NCBI GenBank assembly: GCA_963716365.1
Contig: OY970307.1
Span: 2,655,492 to 2,719,491, forward strand
Source of the DNA: Candidatus Dormiibacterota bacterium
GTDB taxonomy: Bacteria; Chloroflexota; Dormibacteria; Aeolococcales; Aeolococcaceae
DNA length: 64,000 nt
Reading direction: 5' to 3'
The first letter of the stretch is position 1. Each line of letters starts with the position of its first letter. Both the position numbers and the translations under genes were made by a program. Shown here one piece after another: positions 11,172-21,007 of the stretch. A model generated the notes under the pieces. The model was not told the DNA's origin. It saw nothing but the letters and a program-made list of their open reading frames with translations, and searched no databases.

Positions 11172-12185
11172 TCAGGCAGCGACGCCGATGATGCGTCCGT
11201 CGATCCAACCCGTCCAGCCGTTCGAGCAGATCACGCGCGCCCATGCGCCGCGCACCTCTGCCACCTGGATGGGCAGCCCGGGCGCCAGGTTGGCGACGAC
11301 GGGACCGGACGGATCCGGGGCACCCCAGGCGCGAAGGCCCTGCGGCGGCACCGAGTGGCTCGGCACCCATTGCCCTGCTGCCGCCGGCTGCGGCACAGGC
11401 TGGGCCTGGACCGGCTGGGGCTGATACGGCTGCTGCACCGGCTGGGGGGTGTACGCGGGCTGCGCGACGACCGGCTGTGCAACCACGGGCTGCGCCGGCT
11501 GGGGCGTGAAGCTCGGCTGTGGCAGCGGCTGCGGTGTGGGGATTGGTGTCGGCGTCGGGATCACTTGCGGAACGACGACCTGGGGGATCGACTCGCCCAT
11601 CGCGGGCGTCGGGCCTGTCACGTCCGCCGCAACCGAGCCGGCGCCGACTGCAGCCGCGGCAGCCGCGGAGCCGTCGTCAGCAGCGGCCGCTGCCGCGGTA
11701 TCGAACGCGGAGTCGGTCGTGGTGCCGTCGTCCGGCATGTCCGCGAGGACGGTGTCGTCGTCGGTCGTGGCCACCTCCGGGCTGATCGCATCGAGCAGCG
11801 TGCTCGTGCGAGCGAGCTCCGCGACTGCCTGCACGAAGGTGTGCTTGCTCAGTCCGTCGAGGTACACGTACGTCTGCGCGACGACGCTCGTGTCGCCGCC
11901 GGAGCGCTCGACAGCCGCCGTCACCGATCCGGGCCTCGACGCGATGAGCTCGTTGGCCGCGCTGACGTTGTCCCCGCTGAGGGTCAGGGTCCGGCGGATG
12001 GTCACGCGATCGGCTCCGTCGTCCTGGAGGACGACCAGGTCGACGGGCGCGCTGCTCAGGGTCCCGGACTTCAGCCCGAAGGCGAAGTTGGTGCCCGGCT
12101 CGAAGCGATCCGACGTGATTTCCAGGTCGTCGTCGGAAGAGCACCAGTTGGTGATGCTCTGCTTGACCTCATCGGAAGATGGCAT
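11172..12185 (-). CDS. hypothetical protein with C-terminal SH3b-like domain and PQ-rich linker
   Basis: 337 aa: a globular N-domain, an acidic/Ala linker, the low-complexity stretch PTPTPIPTPQPLPQP...QPVVAQPVVAQP, then C-terminal LRAWGAPDPSGPVVANLAPGLPIQVAEVRGAWARVICSNGWTGWIDG, which is SH3b-like. Confidence 0.45.
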   Translation of the reverse strand: MPSSDEVKQSITNWCSSDDDLEITSDRFEPGTNFAFGLKSGTLSSAPVDLVVLQDDGADRVTIRRTLTLSGDNVSAANELIASRPGSVTAAVERSGGDTSVVAQTYVYLDGLSKHTFVQAVAELARTSTLLDAISPEVATTDDDTVLADMPDDGTTTDSAFDTAAAAAADDGSAAAAAAVGAGSVAADVTGPTPAMGESIPQVVVPQVIPTPTPIPTPQPLPQPSFTPQPAQPVVAQPVVAQPAYTPQPVQQPYQPQPVQAQPVPQPAAAGQWVPSHSVPPQGLRAWGAPDPSGPVVANLAPGLPIQVAEVRGAWARVICSNGWTGWIDGRIIGVAA

Positions 12186-12235
12186 GGGTGATCTCCTCTC
12201 CTCATCCTCGAAGAATGGGGGCGACTATACGGCGT

Positions 12236-13153
12236 TCACGAAGCGCGGGCAGCCTTGGGTGCAGTGTCCGCCATCGACAGCAATCCGTCGAGGATGTCAC
12301 TGAACCTGTTGTTGGCGAGGGAAAGGTGACCTTCCTCGGGAAGCAGATGTTGCTCCGCCCCGGGGATGTGCGCCGCCAGCCATTTCCCGTGTGGCAGCGG
12401 GACCATCCGGTCCTCACCTCCCTGCCAGATCGCCACAGGGGTGCGGATCGCCCCGAGGTCGAATCCCCAGGGATGCACGAAAGCGATGTCGTCGTCGCGC
12501 CAGCCGGCAGTGCTGACGGAGAACGCGCGGTGAAAGCTGCCGGCCATGTGGTTGGCGTACGCGCCACTCAATGCCCGTTTGTCGACGTCGCTCACGAGAC
12601 CGCCGAGTGCGGCCGCGACCTCGTCCGCTTCAACGACGCGCAGGTGCGTGGCCTCACCGTCGAGCAGTGGGGTCAGCGTCTCCGGTCCCTTCATGCTCGC
12701 CTCGAACTCGACGACGTTCTCGGGGCCCATCCCGGCGAGCCAGTCGAGCCCTTCGGCGGGCCACGGAGCAACGCCGGCGAGTGTCGCTGTGGCGAGCACC
12801 CGGTCGGGTAGCAAGGCTGCGCATGCCAGGGCATGGGGTCCGCCGCCCGATTGCCCGGCGCAGATGAAGGTATCGAATCCGAGGGCGTCCAGGATGGTGG
12901 TGACGTCCTGCGCGACGTCGCCGACCGACCGACCCGGGTTGGGGGTGGACGTCGAGTATCCGGCGCGCGAGAACGTCACGTAGCGAAGGCCTCGCTCGGC
13001 GACTGCGGCGAGTGAGGGAGGGAAGATGCTCGCGGACGACGGTGTTCCGCTGTGCCACAGAAAGCAGCGTCCATCGTCGGGACCGGCGGAGAGGACCTCG
13101 AGGTCGCGTCCATCGGGCGTCGTCACGGTCTGACGGTGCGGTTCGAAGCTCAT
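12236..13153 (-). CDS. alpha/beta hydrolase
   Basis: 305 aa with an HSGTP oxyanion region, nucleophile elbow GQSGGG and a C-terminal EEGHLS histidine motif. Confidence 0.7.
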   Translation of the reverse strand: MSFEPHRQTVTTPDGRDLEVLSAGPDDGRCFLWHSGTPSSASIFPPSLAAVAERGLRYVTFSRAGYSTSTPNPGRSVGDVAQDVTTILDALGFDTFICAGQSGGGPHALACAALLPDRVLATATLAGVAPWPAEGLDWLAGMGPENVVEFEASMKGPETLTPLLDGEATHLRVVEADEVAAALGGLVSDVDKRALSGAYANHMAGSFHRAFSVSTAGWRDDDIAFVHPWGFDLGAIRTPVAIWQGGEDRMVPLPHGKWLAAHIPGAEQHLLPEEGHLSLANNRFSDILDGLLSMADTAPKAARAS

Positions 13154-13198
13154 GGGGTCATGGTACTGACCGGTGGTCCGGTCATCACCGCGTGGCGT

Positions 13199-13564
13199 TC
13201 AGGGGTCGAGGTCGTATGCCGTGGCGTGCGAAGGCTGGTAGAGGCCGACCTCGCCGCCGCCTGGGATGCGCATCCGCACCAGGCGCCCGAACCGTGTCTC
13301 CTGCATCGGACCCGTGAACTCGACGCCTTTCCCACGCAGGTCGGCGACGGTCTGGTCGACGTCGTCGCAGAGCAGGAAGAGCTCGTGGTGACCGCTCGGC
13401 GAGGCCGCGCCGGCCGGATGGATTCCCAGCTCCGACGGAGGAAGCTTGAAGATCAGCCACCCACCGTGAGCATCGACGTTGGGCATGTCGAGCACGTCGC
13501 GGAAGAACGCGCGCGCCGCATCGGGATCATCGGCATAAAGGATTGCGTGGGCGGCGACGATCAT
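13199..13564 (-). CDS. VOC/glyoxalase family protein
   Basis: The internal ATG at 13564 overlaps the upstream stop (ATGA). The product MIVAAHAILYADDPDAARAFFRDVL...GLYQPSH is about 121 aa, the VOC-fold size. Confidence 0.65.
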   Translation of the reverse strand: MIVAAHAILYADDPDAARAFFRDVLDMPNVDAHGGWLIFKLPPSELGIHPAGAASPSGHHELFLLCDDVDQTVADLRGKGVEFTGPMQETRFGRLVRMRIPGGGEVGLYQPSHATAYDLDP

Positions 13565-14157
13565 CCCGGGTCCTTTCCGGTCAGCCCGAGCAGCCGCTGC
13601 ATCAGCGGAGCGTCGTCCGGCACGGGGATCGCAGCCGGGAAGACACCGTATTGACGCCATGAATCCGCGACAGGGCTCACCTCGTCCCACAACCCCTGCA
13701 CGAGCTCATCGGGGAGCGTCGGGTCGATGCCGATCACCTTGGCCATGTCCCACGCCCGCAAGCCGCGGAACATGTTGATCTGCCAGAAGTATTCCCGCGT
13801 CGAGAAGTCGCCGAACGAGCAGTGCACGGTGCGATCCAGGTCGTTCACCTGCTCCGCTGCTGCGCACGCTGTGTCGACGATCGCTGCGAACGCGGTCTTG
13901 GGGTCGGTGCCGAGCAGGTCGCCCTCGAATTTGGCCTTCCCGATCTCTTCGATGCTGTGCCCGCTGAGCATGTCCGGGACCCATGCATCGTCGAACGCGT
14001 GATACCCGATGATCGTGCGCAACGAGGGGATGTTGTCCGGCTCACCCGAACGCGCAAAGCTTGCAGGCATGATCATGCCCCACTGGTCATCGGTGATCTG
14101 CTCGACAACGCGGTTGAGCGCGCGATCGGCGAGCACGAAGACCTCCTGTTCACTCAT
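13561..14157 (-). CDS. DinB/mycothiol-maleylpyruvate-isomerase-N-like (TIGR03086-like) protein
   Basis: 198 aa. The N-terminal LADRALNRVVEQITDDQW pattern and overall length resemble the actinobacterial DinB-like TIGR03086 family. Recognition is by eye only. Confidence 0.45.
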   Translation of the reverse strand: MSEQEVFVLADRALNRVVEQITDDQWGMIMPASFARSGEPDNIPSLRTIIGYHAFDDAWVPDMLSGHSIEEIGKAKFEGDLLGTDPKTAFAAIVDTACAAAEQVNDLDRTVHCSFGDFSTREYFWQINMFRGLRAWDMAKVIGIDPTLPDELVQGLWDEVSPVADSWRQYGVFPAAIPVPDDAPLMQRLLGLTGKDPG

Positions 14158-14229
14158 CGCATGTCCTCAACAACGCGTACACGGTTAGCTTGCGCACCAG
14201 GCTATCTCCTTGTCTCGACATCACATCCG

Positions 14230-14301
14230 TAGCCCCGGCAGGAATCGAACCTGCGCACAAGGTTTAGGAAACCTCTGCTCTATCCACTGAGCTACGGGGC
14301 C
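14230..14301 (-). tRNA. tRNA-Arg (anticodon CCT)
   Basis: The reverse complement folds as a cloverleaf: acceptor GGCCCCG/CGGGGCT, D arm GCTC-AGTGGATA-GAGC, anticodon arm GAGGT-TTCCTAA-ACCTT, T arm GCAGG-TTCGATT-CCTGC, discriminator A. CCA is not encoded. Confidence 0.9.
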
Positions 14302-14351
14302 GCGTGGCTATGCTATCGCCTCGCTGTCAGGTGCCAACCACGAGGACTGGG

Positions 14352-14966
14352 GTGAGGAGGTTTCCGGGACTGTTCGCCGTGACCGCGGTGTGCACGGTGG
14401 TCGCCATCACGTCGTGTGGCGCTTCCGGGGCCCCGACACGCACTGGCACGAACAGCCCTCAGGCAACGCAGGCACAAGTACCGACGCTGTCGTCGACGCC
14501 GCCGCCGTCGACGACCGCTGCGCCGACAGCGAGCGAGCTGCTCCGTGTCGCAGGGCTCGTCTATCCGCCGTGCACGCCGAGCACCTGCGCCGGTTCGTCG
14601 ACGTTCACGACGTGCGACGCGGCATCGGCGGAGGAGACCGATGTCTTCGCGGACTGTCCGCTCACGCCGACGCTCGAGATCCAGCTGCGCGACGATGTCG
14701 GAGCGTCGCCGAGCGCACCGGACCCGCTCGGAGGAGGACAGGATCCTGAGTGGACGGCAGAGAGGTTCTCGGCAGCACCGTCAGCCACCGGAGGAGTCGT
14801 CGAAGCCACCCTCGGCGTCGGAACGGCATCAGAGAGACTCGACCTGGTCATGATCGTGCAGGGCAGTCAACTGCTCGTCAACGACCTCTATTGCACAGCG
14901 TCGGGGCCGGACGGCGGCGACGCGATGGCACCCGGGTGGCTCGCGCGTGCCGCATGCCCCTCCTGA
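14352..14966 (+). CDS. putative lipoprotein
   Basis: The signal peptide ends in a lipobox-like VAITSCG, followed by a Thr/Pro/Ser-rich linker and a Cys-containing domain. The start is uncertain (GTG 14304, ATG 14310 or GTG 14352). Confidence 0.4.
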   Translation: MRRFPGLFAVTAVCTVVAITSCGASGAPTRTGTNSPQATQAQVPTLSSTPPPSTTAAPTASELLRVAGLVYPPCTPSTCAGSSTFTTCDAASAEETDVFADCPLTPTLEIQLRDDVGASPSAPDPLGGGQDPEWTAERFSAAPSATGGVVEATLGVGTASERLDLVMIVQGSQLLVNDLYCTASGPDGGDAMAPGWLARAACPS

Positions 14967-15055
14967 AGTCACCACGCCTCGCGCAACGACTCGATTCATC
15001 AAGCGAGGTTTCGGGCGCACACAGCGCGTCGAGAACACGGTCTGATGCGCAACCG

Positions 15056-15130
15056 TCGGGAAGGGGAGATTCGAACTCCCGACCTCGCGGTCCCGAACCG
15101 CGCACTCTAACCTGGCTGAGCTACTTCCCG
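15056..15130 (-). tRNA. tRNA-Pro (anticodon CGG)
   Basis: The reverse complement folds as a cloverleaf: acceptor CGGGAAG/CTTCCCG, D arm GCTC-AGCCAGGTTA-GAGT, anticodon arm CGCGG-TTCGGGA-CCGCG, T arm GGGAG-TTCGAAT-CTCCC, discriminator A. Confidence 0.9.
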
Positions 15131-15249
15131 GCGCCGGCCCGGATGATACCACCCGCCTTTGACGACCCCGATTTGCCGCCGACAGGCTGCCTCCCCGCGA
15201 CGCATACTGAGGTCATCGCGCGGTGCCACCGCGCCAGGAGTCAGGGCAC

Positions 15250-15828
15250 ATGGGCCGTATCACCATCGACATGACCATCAATGCTCCGGTGGCCACGGTG
15301 TTCGCATACGTGGACGACTATCGCAACACCACCAAGTACATGAAGGACCTCGTGAAGTGGCAGCCCACCGGCAAGGTGACGCATGGTAAGGGCGCGCAGT
15401 TCGACGTCGGCATGAAGGCAGGTCCGACGACGCTCAGCTCAGTTGTCGACATCACGACGTGGACGGAGAACAAGACCATCGCATGGCACTCGCACGAAGG
15501 TTTCAAGCAGATCGGCAAATGGGGCTTTGCCCCCAAAGGAAATGCCACCAGCGTGACGTTCGACATGGAGTACGAGTTCGGTGGTGGCATCGCCGGTAAG
15601 TTGCTCGGTCGCGCAGCCGAGCCAATTGTGCGAGGCAACCTGCAACGCTCGGTCGAGACTCTGAAACTGCATACGGAAAAGCTCAACGCCGCTCGACCAG
15701 CCGCAAAAGCTGCGCCTGCAGGCACAACAAAAGCTGCAACAAAGATCACGAAGCCGGTGGTGAAAAGCAGCACAAAAGCTGCAACAAAGAGCGCGGCGCG
15801 GCCTGCAACGAAAGCGAAAAAGCCTTAG
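15250..15828 (+). CDS. SRPBCC (START/Bet v1-like) protein with Lys/Ala/Thr-rich basic C-terminal tail
   Basis: MGRITIDMTINAPVATVFAYVDDYRNTTKYM is a typical SRPBCC N-terminus. The last about 45 aa are AKAAPAGTTKAATKITKPVVKSSTKAATKSAARPATKAKKP. The ATG at 15250 was chosen. Confidence 0.6.
   Translation: MGRITIDMTINAPVATVFAYVDDYRNTTKYMKDLVKWQPTGKVTHGKGAQFDVGMKAGPTTLSSVVDITTWTENKTIAWHSHEGFKQIGKWGFAPKGNATSVTFDMEYEFGGGIAGKLLGRAAEPIVRGNLQRSVETLKLHTEKLNAARPAAKAAPAGTTKAATKITKPVVKSSTKAATKSAARPATKAKKP
15727..15790. repeat. 19-bp perfect direct repeat (ACAAAAGCTGCAACAAAGA) x2, 45-bp period, inside the basic tail coding region
   Basis: The copies lie at 15727-15745 and 15772-15790. The stretch is locally A-rich in an otherwise GC-rich genome. 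Confidence 0.8.
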
Positions 15829-15897
15829 CGAAACGCTTAGAATGGCTGCGTGCCCGGTGCAACAAGCCGGGCAACGAACCGGCGAAGGAGCGAGAGC

Positions 15898-16815
15898 ATG
15901 ACCAGCGACAAGACAGCAGCCAACGGACACGATCCCCACACCGGCGGTGTGCGGGTCAAGCGCGGCTTGGCAGAGATGCTCAAAGGCGGCGTCATCATGG
16001 ATGTCGTCACGCCGGAGCAGGCGAAGATCGCAGAGGACGCTGGCGCTGTTGCGGTCATGGCGCTGGAGCGCGTGCCGTCCGACATCCGCCGCGATGGCGG
16101 TGTCGCGCGCATGAGCGACGTCGGCTTGATCAAGGAGATCATCGCCGCGGTGACGATCCCCGTCATGGCCAAGGCTCGCATCGGACATTTCGTCGAGGCA
16201 CAGGTGCTGCAGGCATTGGGTGTCGATTACATCGACGAGTCCGAAGTGCTGACTCCCGCGGACGAGGAAAACCACATCGACAAGTGGAAATTCAACGTGC
16301 CGTTCGTGTGCGGTGCACGCGACCTCGGTGAGGCGCTGCGTCGCATCGGCGAAGGTGCGGCGATGATTCGCACGAAGGGTGAGGCCGGCACGGGCAACGT
16401 CGTCGAGGCGGTGCGTCACATGCGCGCGGTTCGCGGCGGCATCCGCCGTATCGCGGCGATGTCCGAGGACGAACTGATGGCAGAGGCGAAACACCTCGGC
16501 GCGCCGTTTGACCTCGTGCAGGAAATTCACGCCACGGGGAAGTTGCCGGTCGTCAACTTCTCAGCCGGCGGGATTGCGACTCCCGCGGATGCGGCACTGA
16601 TGATGCAACTCGGCTGCGACGGCAACTTCGTCGGCAGCGGCATCTTCAAGAGCAACGATCCGCCGGCATATGCGAAGGCCATCGTCGCGGCGACAACGTA
16701 CTTCGACAATCCCCAGGCCATCGCCGACGCAAGCGCCGGGCTCGGCAAGGCGATGCCGGGTCTCGATGTCGCGTCGATGCCGGCCGGCGAACTGCTCGCC
16801 ACACGGGGTTGGTGA
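15898..16815 (+). CDS. pdxS: pyridoxal 5'-phosphate synthase lyase subunit
   Basis: [47 protein letters not shown] and [24 protein letters not shown] lies 7 nt upstream of the ATG at 15898. Confidence 0.95.
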   Translation: MTSDKTAANGHDPHTGGVRVKRGLAEMLKGGVIMDVVTPEQAKIAEDAGAVAVMALERVPSDIRRDGGVARMSDVGLIKEIIAAVTIPVMAKARIGHFVEAQVLQALGVDYIDESEVLTPADEENHIDKWKFNVPFVCGARDLGEALRRIGEGAAMIRTKGEAGTGNVVEAVRHMRAVRGGIRRIAAMSEDELMAEAKHLGAPFDLVQEIHATGKLPVVNFSAGGIATPADAALMMQLGCDGNFVGSGIFKSNDPPAYAKAIVAATTYFDNPQAIADASAGLGKAMPGLDVASMPAGELLATRGW

Positions 16816-16923
16816 CGGCTGCCTTCGCCGCGCAGGCGGCGTACACTAGAGGTGTGCGAATGACGCGAAGCCTTCCCCGCCAGGGACGGAGCACTCGCGT
16901 CCGCTGAAGAGGGAGCGACCATC

Positions 16924-17520
16924 CTGCGGGTAGGCGTTCTCGCCCTCCAGGGCGACGTCCGCGAACATCTCACGGCACTCCGCGGCTGTGGCGCAGAGGC
17001 AACGCCGGTGCGTACTGCCGCGGAACTCGAGCACGTCGACGCGCTCGTGCTGCCGGGCGGTGAGTCGACGACGATGAGCCGGCTGATCCAGGTCTTCGGC
17101 CTGGAGGGACCGCTTCGCGAGCGGCTTGCGAAAGGCATGCCGACGCTCTCCACCTGTGCAGGTCTCATCCTGCTCAGCAGTGAGGTGCTTGACGGTCGCG
17201 CCGATCAGATCAACCTCGGTGTGCTCGACGTGACGGTCCGGCGCAACGGCTACGGACGTCAGGCGGAGTCGTTCGAAGCCGACCTGGCCATCGCGCCGCT
17301 CGGACCCGAGCCGTTTCGGGCTGTGTTCATCCGAGCTCCACTGATCGTCGAGACAGGTCCCGCCGCTGATGTTATAGCCACTTTTGGCGATAATGCAGTG
17401 GCGGTCGCCCAGGGTCCGCATATCGGGCTCTGCTTCCATCCCGAGATGACCGACGACCCCCAACTCCATCAGCTTTTTCTCGAGCGCGCGACAGCCACCC
17501 TGGAGGAGAGCGCGGCGTGA
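16924..17520 (+). CDS. pdxT: pyridoxal 5'-phosphate synthase glutaminase subunit (apparent CTG start)
   Basis: The frame reads (L/M)RVGVLALQGDVREH...LPGGESTT...CAGLILL...HPE. There is no ATG/GTG/TTG in frame between the stop at 16861 and 17008. AGAGGGAG lies 8 nt upstream of the CTG at 16924. Confidence 0.8.
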   Translation: MRVGVLALQGDVREHLTALRGCGAEATPVRTAAELEHVDALVLPGGESTTMSRLIQVFGLEGPLRERLAKGMPTLSTCAGLILLSSEVLDGRADQINLGVLDVTVRRNGYGRQAESFEADLAIAPLGPEPFRAVFIRAPLIVETGPAADVIATFGDNAVAVAQGPHIGLCFHPEMTDDPQLHQLFLERATATLEESAA

Positions 17521-18612
17521 TCATCCGCTCGGCATCGTTCCGCGATCTCGCGCGCATCGAGCAGCTGTACCGCGAGGCCACCGAGGACGAACGCCACGGC
17601 GCGCAGATCGACTCCGGACAGCCCGGTCCCGCAGGCAACGCTTCGGCGCCTGTGGCAAGCCCTCACGAAGTCACTGTCGTCAGTCGTCCCGATCACCGAC
17701 CTCGCCGAGGAGATGCTCGTCGCCGAGGACGCGAAGGAAGGCGTCGTCGGCTTCGTGCAGGTGCAGGCACTCCCGGTACGCCCGCGGTCGTGGCAGATCC
17801 TGAACCTCTGCACCTCGACAACGGCGCATGGGCACTTTGCACGCGCCGAGCTGCTTGACGGTGTTCGCAACCGCTGCCTCGAGCACGGCGTTCAGCGGGT
17901 CCACGTCCGCCTGCCGCTGGATCATCCGCTCCTGCCGGTGTTCCTCGAGCACGGGTTCACGCAGTTCGCCACCGAGCAGATCCTCTATCGGGACGACGTG
18001 ACCCTCGAGCCGGACGCGACCGTGCAGTCCACGCTCATCAGGACCGCACGACGCGACGACATCGGCGCCATCCACCTGTTGTACCTGCGCACGACGCCGT
18101 CGCACGTCGCAGACGTCGAAGGTCCCTCACTGAAGACGTGGCAGGGCGCGTATGCGCAGGGGCTCGTCGCCGGCCTCGGCCGTGACAGCGTGAAACATCT
18201 GGTGGTCGAGCGGCCCGGCGTTGTCGCGTGGGCGGCGATTCGCCCGCCCACAGCAGCGCAGCCCGCAAGCCTGAGCATGATGGTGGAGGGGCACGACCCG
18301 GCGCTGCGCGACGCGATCATCGACGCCATCCTGCGTGAGCTACCGTCCGGACCCGCCACCTGTGTGTTGCGCCACTACAACTCGGAGCTCATCCGTGCGT
18401 TGCAGGTGCGCGGTTTCGCCGTGTACGGCACGCAATTGCTGCTCATCAGCGAGCTCGGCGCGAAAGTACGCATCCAGGCGCTGTCGCGGCGCAAGAAGCC
18501 CGTGCTCATTCATGCCGGTATCGCGCGAAGCATCGCCGCGCCGTCAACGGCCGTCCCCCTCCGTGTCCTGTCAACAACCGTTTCCAGGAGAGAGAGATCG
18601 TCGCCCAGGTGA
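17517..18612 (+). pseudogene. two-domain GNAT-like acetyltransferase, frame broken near 17600-17645
   Basis: The N-terminus MIIRSASFRDLARIEQLYREA starts at a GTG overlapping the pdxT stop (GTGA) in frame 0. The remainder (LRRLWQALTKSL...VVGFVQVQ...HGFTQF...) is in frame 1 and has no start codon of its own before 17713. Confidence 0.5.
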
Positions 18613-20285
18613 CACCCTACGGATCCTCGTGGGAGGAGGAGCTCAATCTGCTCTTTGCGGCGCTTCCTCCCCGTATCGCCTCGGCCGCGCAGCGTCTCTC
18701 GCAGGGACGAGGCGACCTCCTCGAGGTGGTGCTCGATCTCGGCCGCGAACCCGAGGCGCGCTTCACCGACGGCGAGGCAATTCTCGACTCGGCCAACGTC
18801 GGCAACGCGGAAATCGAGTACGTCACCGAGCATGTCGGACTGTTCGGGGACGACAACCGCGCCGGCATCGAGCGCACCCTGCACCGCATCAGCGCCATCC
18901 GCAACCGTGCGGGCGACATCGTCGGACTCACCTGCAGGGTGGGACGCGCCGTCACCGGCACCATCGACATCATCAAGGACATGGTCATCAGCGGCCAGTC
19001 GATCCTGCTGCTTGGCCCGCCCGGTATCGGCAAGACCACGATGCTTCGGGAGTGCGCGCGCGTCCTCAGTGACGAGTGCGGCAAGCGGGTCGTCATCGTC
19101 GACACATCGAACGAGATCGCCGGTGACGGTGACATCCCGCATCCCGGGATCGGCCGCGCGAGGCGGATGCAGGTGCGCACGCCGGCGCTGCAGCACGCGG
19201 TGATGATCGAGGCAGTCGAGAACCACATGCCGCAATGCATCGTCATCGACGAGATCGGCACCGAGCTGGAAGCGGTTGCCGCACGCACGATCGCAGAGCG
19301 CGGCGTGCAACTCGTGGGCACGGCGCACGGCTCCAACATCGATTCGCTGCTCGTCAACCCGACACTCAATGATCTCCTCGGCGGCATACAGACCGTCACG
19401 CTCTCCGATGAGGAAGCGCGCCGGCGCGGGACGCAGAAGTCGGTCCTCGAGCGTAAGTCGCCGCCGACGTTCGACGTCCTCATCGAGATTCAGGAGCGCG
19501 ACCGCGTGGTCGTGCACGCGCCGCTCGCAGAGACCGTCGACGAGGCGTTGCGCGGCAAAGTCCGTCCGCCGCAGCTGCGGCTTCGCGGCGACGACGGCGA
19601 GATCATCAGCCGGGTCGACACATCAGCCGTCGGCACGCGTCCCTCGCCGTTCGAGCCGGCGCCCTTCTCGAGCGGAGCGCGGAGTGCGCGACGGGGCCGG
19701 GAGCGCCAGCGGCGCTTCGACGTCGACGAGTACATCGCCGGTCAGCAGCGACGCGGGCAGCACTGGGAGCAACCCGCGCAGGCGCCCGCCCAGGCGCAGC
19801 CGGTGCGCACCGGGCCACCGCTGTCGATCTTTCCCTACGGGGTGTCACGCAGCTATCTCGAGCAGTCACTTCGGGAGATGCACCTTCCGGTCCGCATCCA
19901 GCACCACATCGACGACGCCGATGTCGTCCTGACGCTGAAGAACTATTACCGTCGCCACGATTCCCCGGTCCGCGCCGCCGAATCGTCGGGCATCCCCATT
20001 CATGTGCTGCGCAGCAACACGGTCGCGCAAATCAAGGGAGCGCTCGCCCGGGTGTACGGCGTCGAGGCACCGCCTGACGACCCTGACGACACCGAGGCGG
20101 CGATGCAGGACGTGATTGAAGGCATCGAGCAGATGCAACGAACCGGTGACGACGTCGAGCTCACGCCGCAGAATTCCTACGTCCGCCGGTTGCAGCATCA
20201 ACTCGTGGAACGCCATGAGCTTTCTGCCCGCAGCACCGGTGACGAACCCAATCGTCAACTCGTCATACTGCGACCCGCGGAATGA
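18609..20285 (+). CDS. AAA ATPase with C-terminal R3H domain (SpoIIIAA/Ycf45-like)
   Basis: Walker [13 protein letters not shown], Walker B CIVIDEIG and GTAHG, plus a C-terminal R3H-like [37 protein letters not shown]. The start overlaps the upstream stop in GTGA. Confidence 0.7.
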   Translation: MTPYGSSWEEELNLLFAALPPRIASAAQRLSQGRGDLLEVVLDLGREPEARFTDGEAILDSANVGNAEIEYVTEHVGLFGDDNRAGIERTLHRISAIRNRAGDIVGLTCRVGRAVTGTIDIIKDMVISGQSILLLGPPGIGKTTMLRECARVLSDECGKRVVIVDTSNEIAGDGDIPHPGIGRARRMQVRTPALQHAVMIEAVENHMPQCIVIDEIGTELEAVAARTIAERGVQLVGTAHGSNIDSLLVNPTLNDLLGGIQTVTLSDEEARRRGTQKSVLERKSPPTFDVLIEIQERDRVVVHAPLAETVDEALRGKVRPPQLRLRGDDGEIISRVDTSAVGTRPSPFEPAPFSSGARSARRGRERQRRFDVDEYIAGQQRRGQHWEQPAQAPAQAQPVRTGPPLSIFPYGVSRSYLEQSLREMHLPVRIQHHIDDADVVLTLKNYYRRHDSPVRAAESSGIPIHVLRSNTVAQIKGALARVYGVEAPPDDPDDTEAAMQDVIEGIEQMQRTGDDVELTPQNSYVRRLQHQLVERHELSARSTGDEPNRQLVILRPAE

Positions 20286-21007
20286 GCCATCCGGGCGGGG
20301 AACCCGGTGGCCGGGGAGTAGTGATTGACATGAGCGTCTGGCGCGGCTTTTTCATCTCATTCGAGGGCCTGGATGGTGCCGGCAAGAGCACGCAGGTCGC
20401 GTCGCTGGCCGGGTCGCTGCGTCAGCAGGGCCATGACGTCGTCACGGTGCGTCCGGACGAGACACCGCTCGGCGAGATCCTGCACAGCTTTGTCCTCCAG
20501 CACCAGCGCGGACCCGCGCTCGAAGCGTGGTCCGAGGCGTTGCTGTTCACCGCTGAGCGCGTGCAGTTGCTCCACGAGACGATCCTTCCCGCGCTGCGAC
20601 GCGGCGCCGTGGTCATCGCTGACCGCTATGCCGATTCGACCATCGCGTACCAGGGCGGCGGCCGGGGCATTCCTCCCAGTGATCTGCTGCGGCTGCACGC
20701 TGCCGCGTGCGGGGACGTCTGGCCGGACCTGACGCTCTACCTCGCCATCCCCGGCGCCGCGGCGGCTCAGCGGCAGCGAGCGCAGCAGCTCCCGCTTGAT
20801 CGCTTCGAGGTCGCACCCGAGACGTTCCACGCAGCCGTCGAGGCAGCGTTCGAGCAACTGGCCGCACAGCACCCGCGCCGATTCCTGCGCATCGATGCCA
20901 CCCGACCCGCGATCGCGGTCTCTCGTGACATCGAGAAAGTCATCGTGCAGCGCCTTCCCGCTGCCGCGCCGACGGCCCCTCCCGTGAGGTCAGCGAGCGG
21001 CGGCTGA
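20282..21007 (+). CDS. tmk: dTMP (thymidylate) kinase
   Basis: P-loop [22 protein letters not shown] and LID region. ATGA overlap with the upstream gene. An alternative ATG lies at 20330. Confidence 0.9.
   Translation: MSHPGGEPGGRGVVIDMSVWRGFFISFEGLDGAGKSTQVASLAGSLRQQGHDVVTVRPDETPLGEILHSFVLQHQRGPALEAWSEALLFTAERVQLLHETILPALRRGAVVIADRYADSTIAYQGGGRGIPPSDLLRLHAAACGDVWPDLTLYLAIPGAAAAQRQRAQQLPLDRFEVAPETFHAAVEAAFEQLAAQHPRRFLRIDATRPAIAVSRDIEKVIVQRLPAAAPTAPPVRSASGG

Noticed and set aside
10452-12191. 579-aa plus-strand ORF spanning the carboxyltransferase and the SH3-domain gene.
   Set aside because: It is antisense to two minus-strand genes with good motifs and composition. Its translation is Arg/Gly/His-rich nonsense and crosses an intergenic gap.
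14230-15130. Two tRNA genes flanking a small lipoprotein gene, considered as a possible integration hotspot or island boundary.
   Set aside because: There is no integrase, no direct repeat of a tRNA 3' end, and no compositional break visible on either side.
15439-16530. 363-aa minus-strand ORF over pdxS.
   Set aside because: It is antisense to an unmistakable PdxS sequence and has no motifs.
16816-16923. 108-nt pdxS-pdxT spacer containing CTAG and a short GCCTTCGCCG match to the sucCD element.
   Set aside because: Only a 10-mer is shared, there are no paired arms, and no convincing hairpin is longer than 5 bp. This is consistent with chance in GC-rich DNA.
18510-19517. 335-aa and 288-aa minus-strand ORFs over the R3H/AAA ATPase gene.
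   Set aside because: They are antisense shadows. The plus strand carries Walker A/B and R3H motifs.
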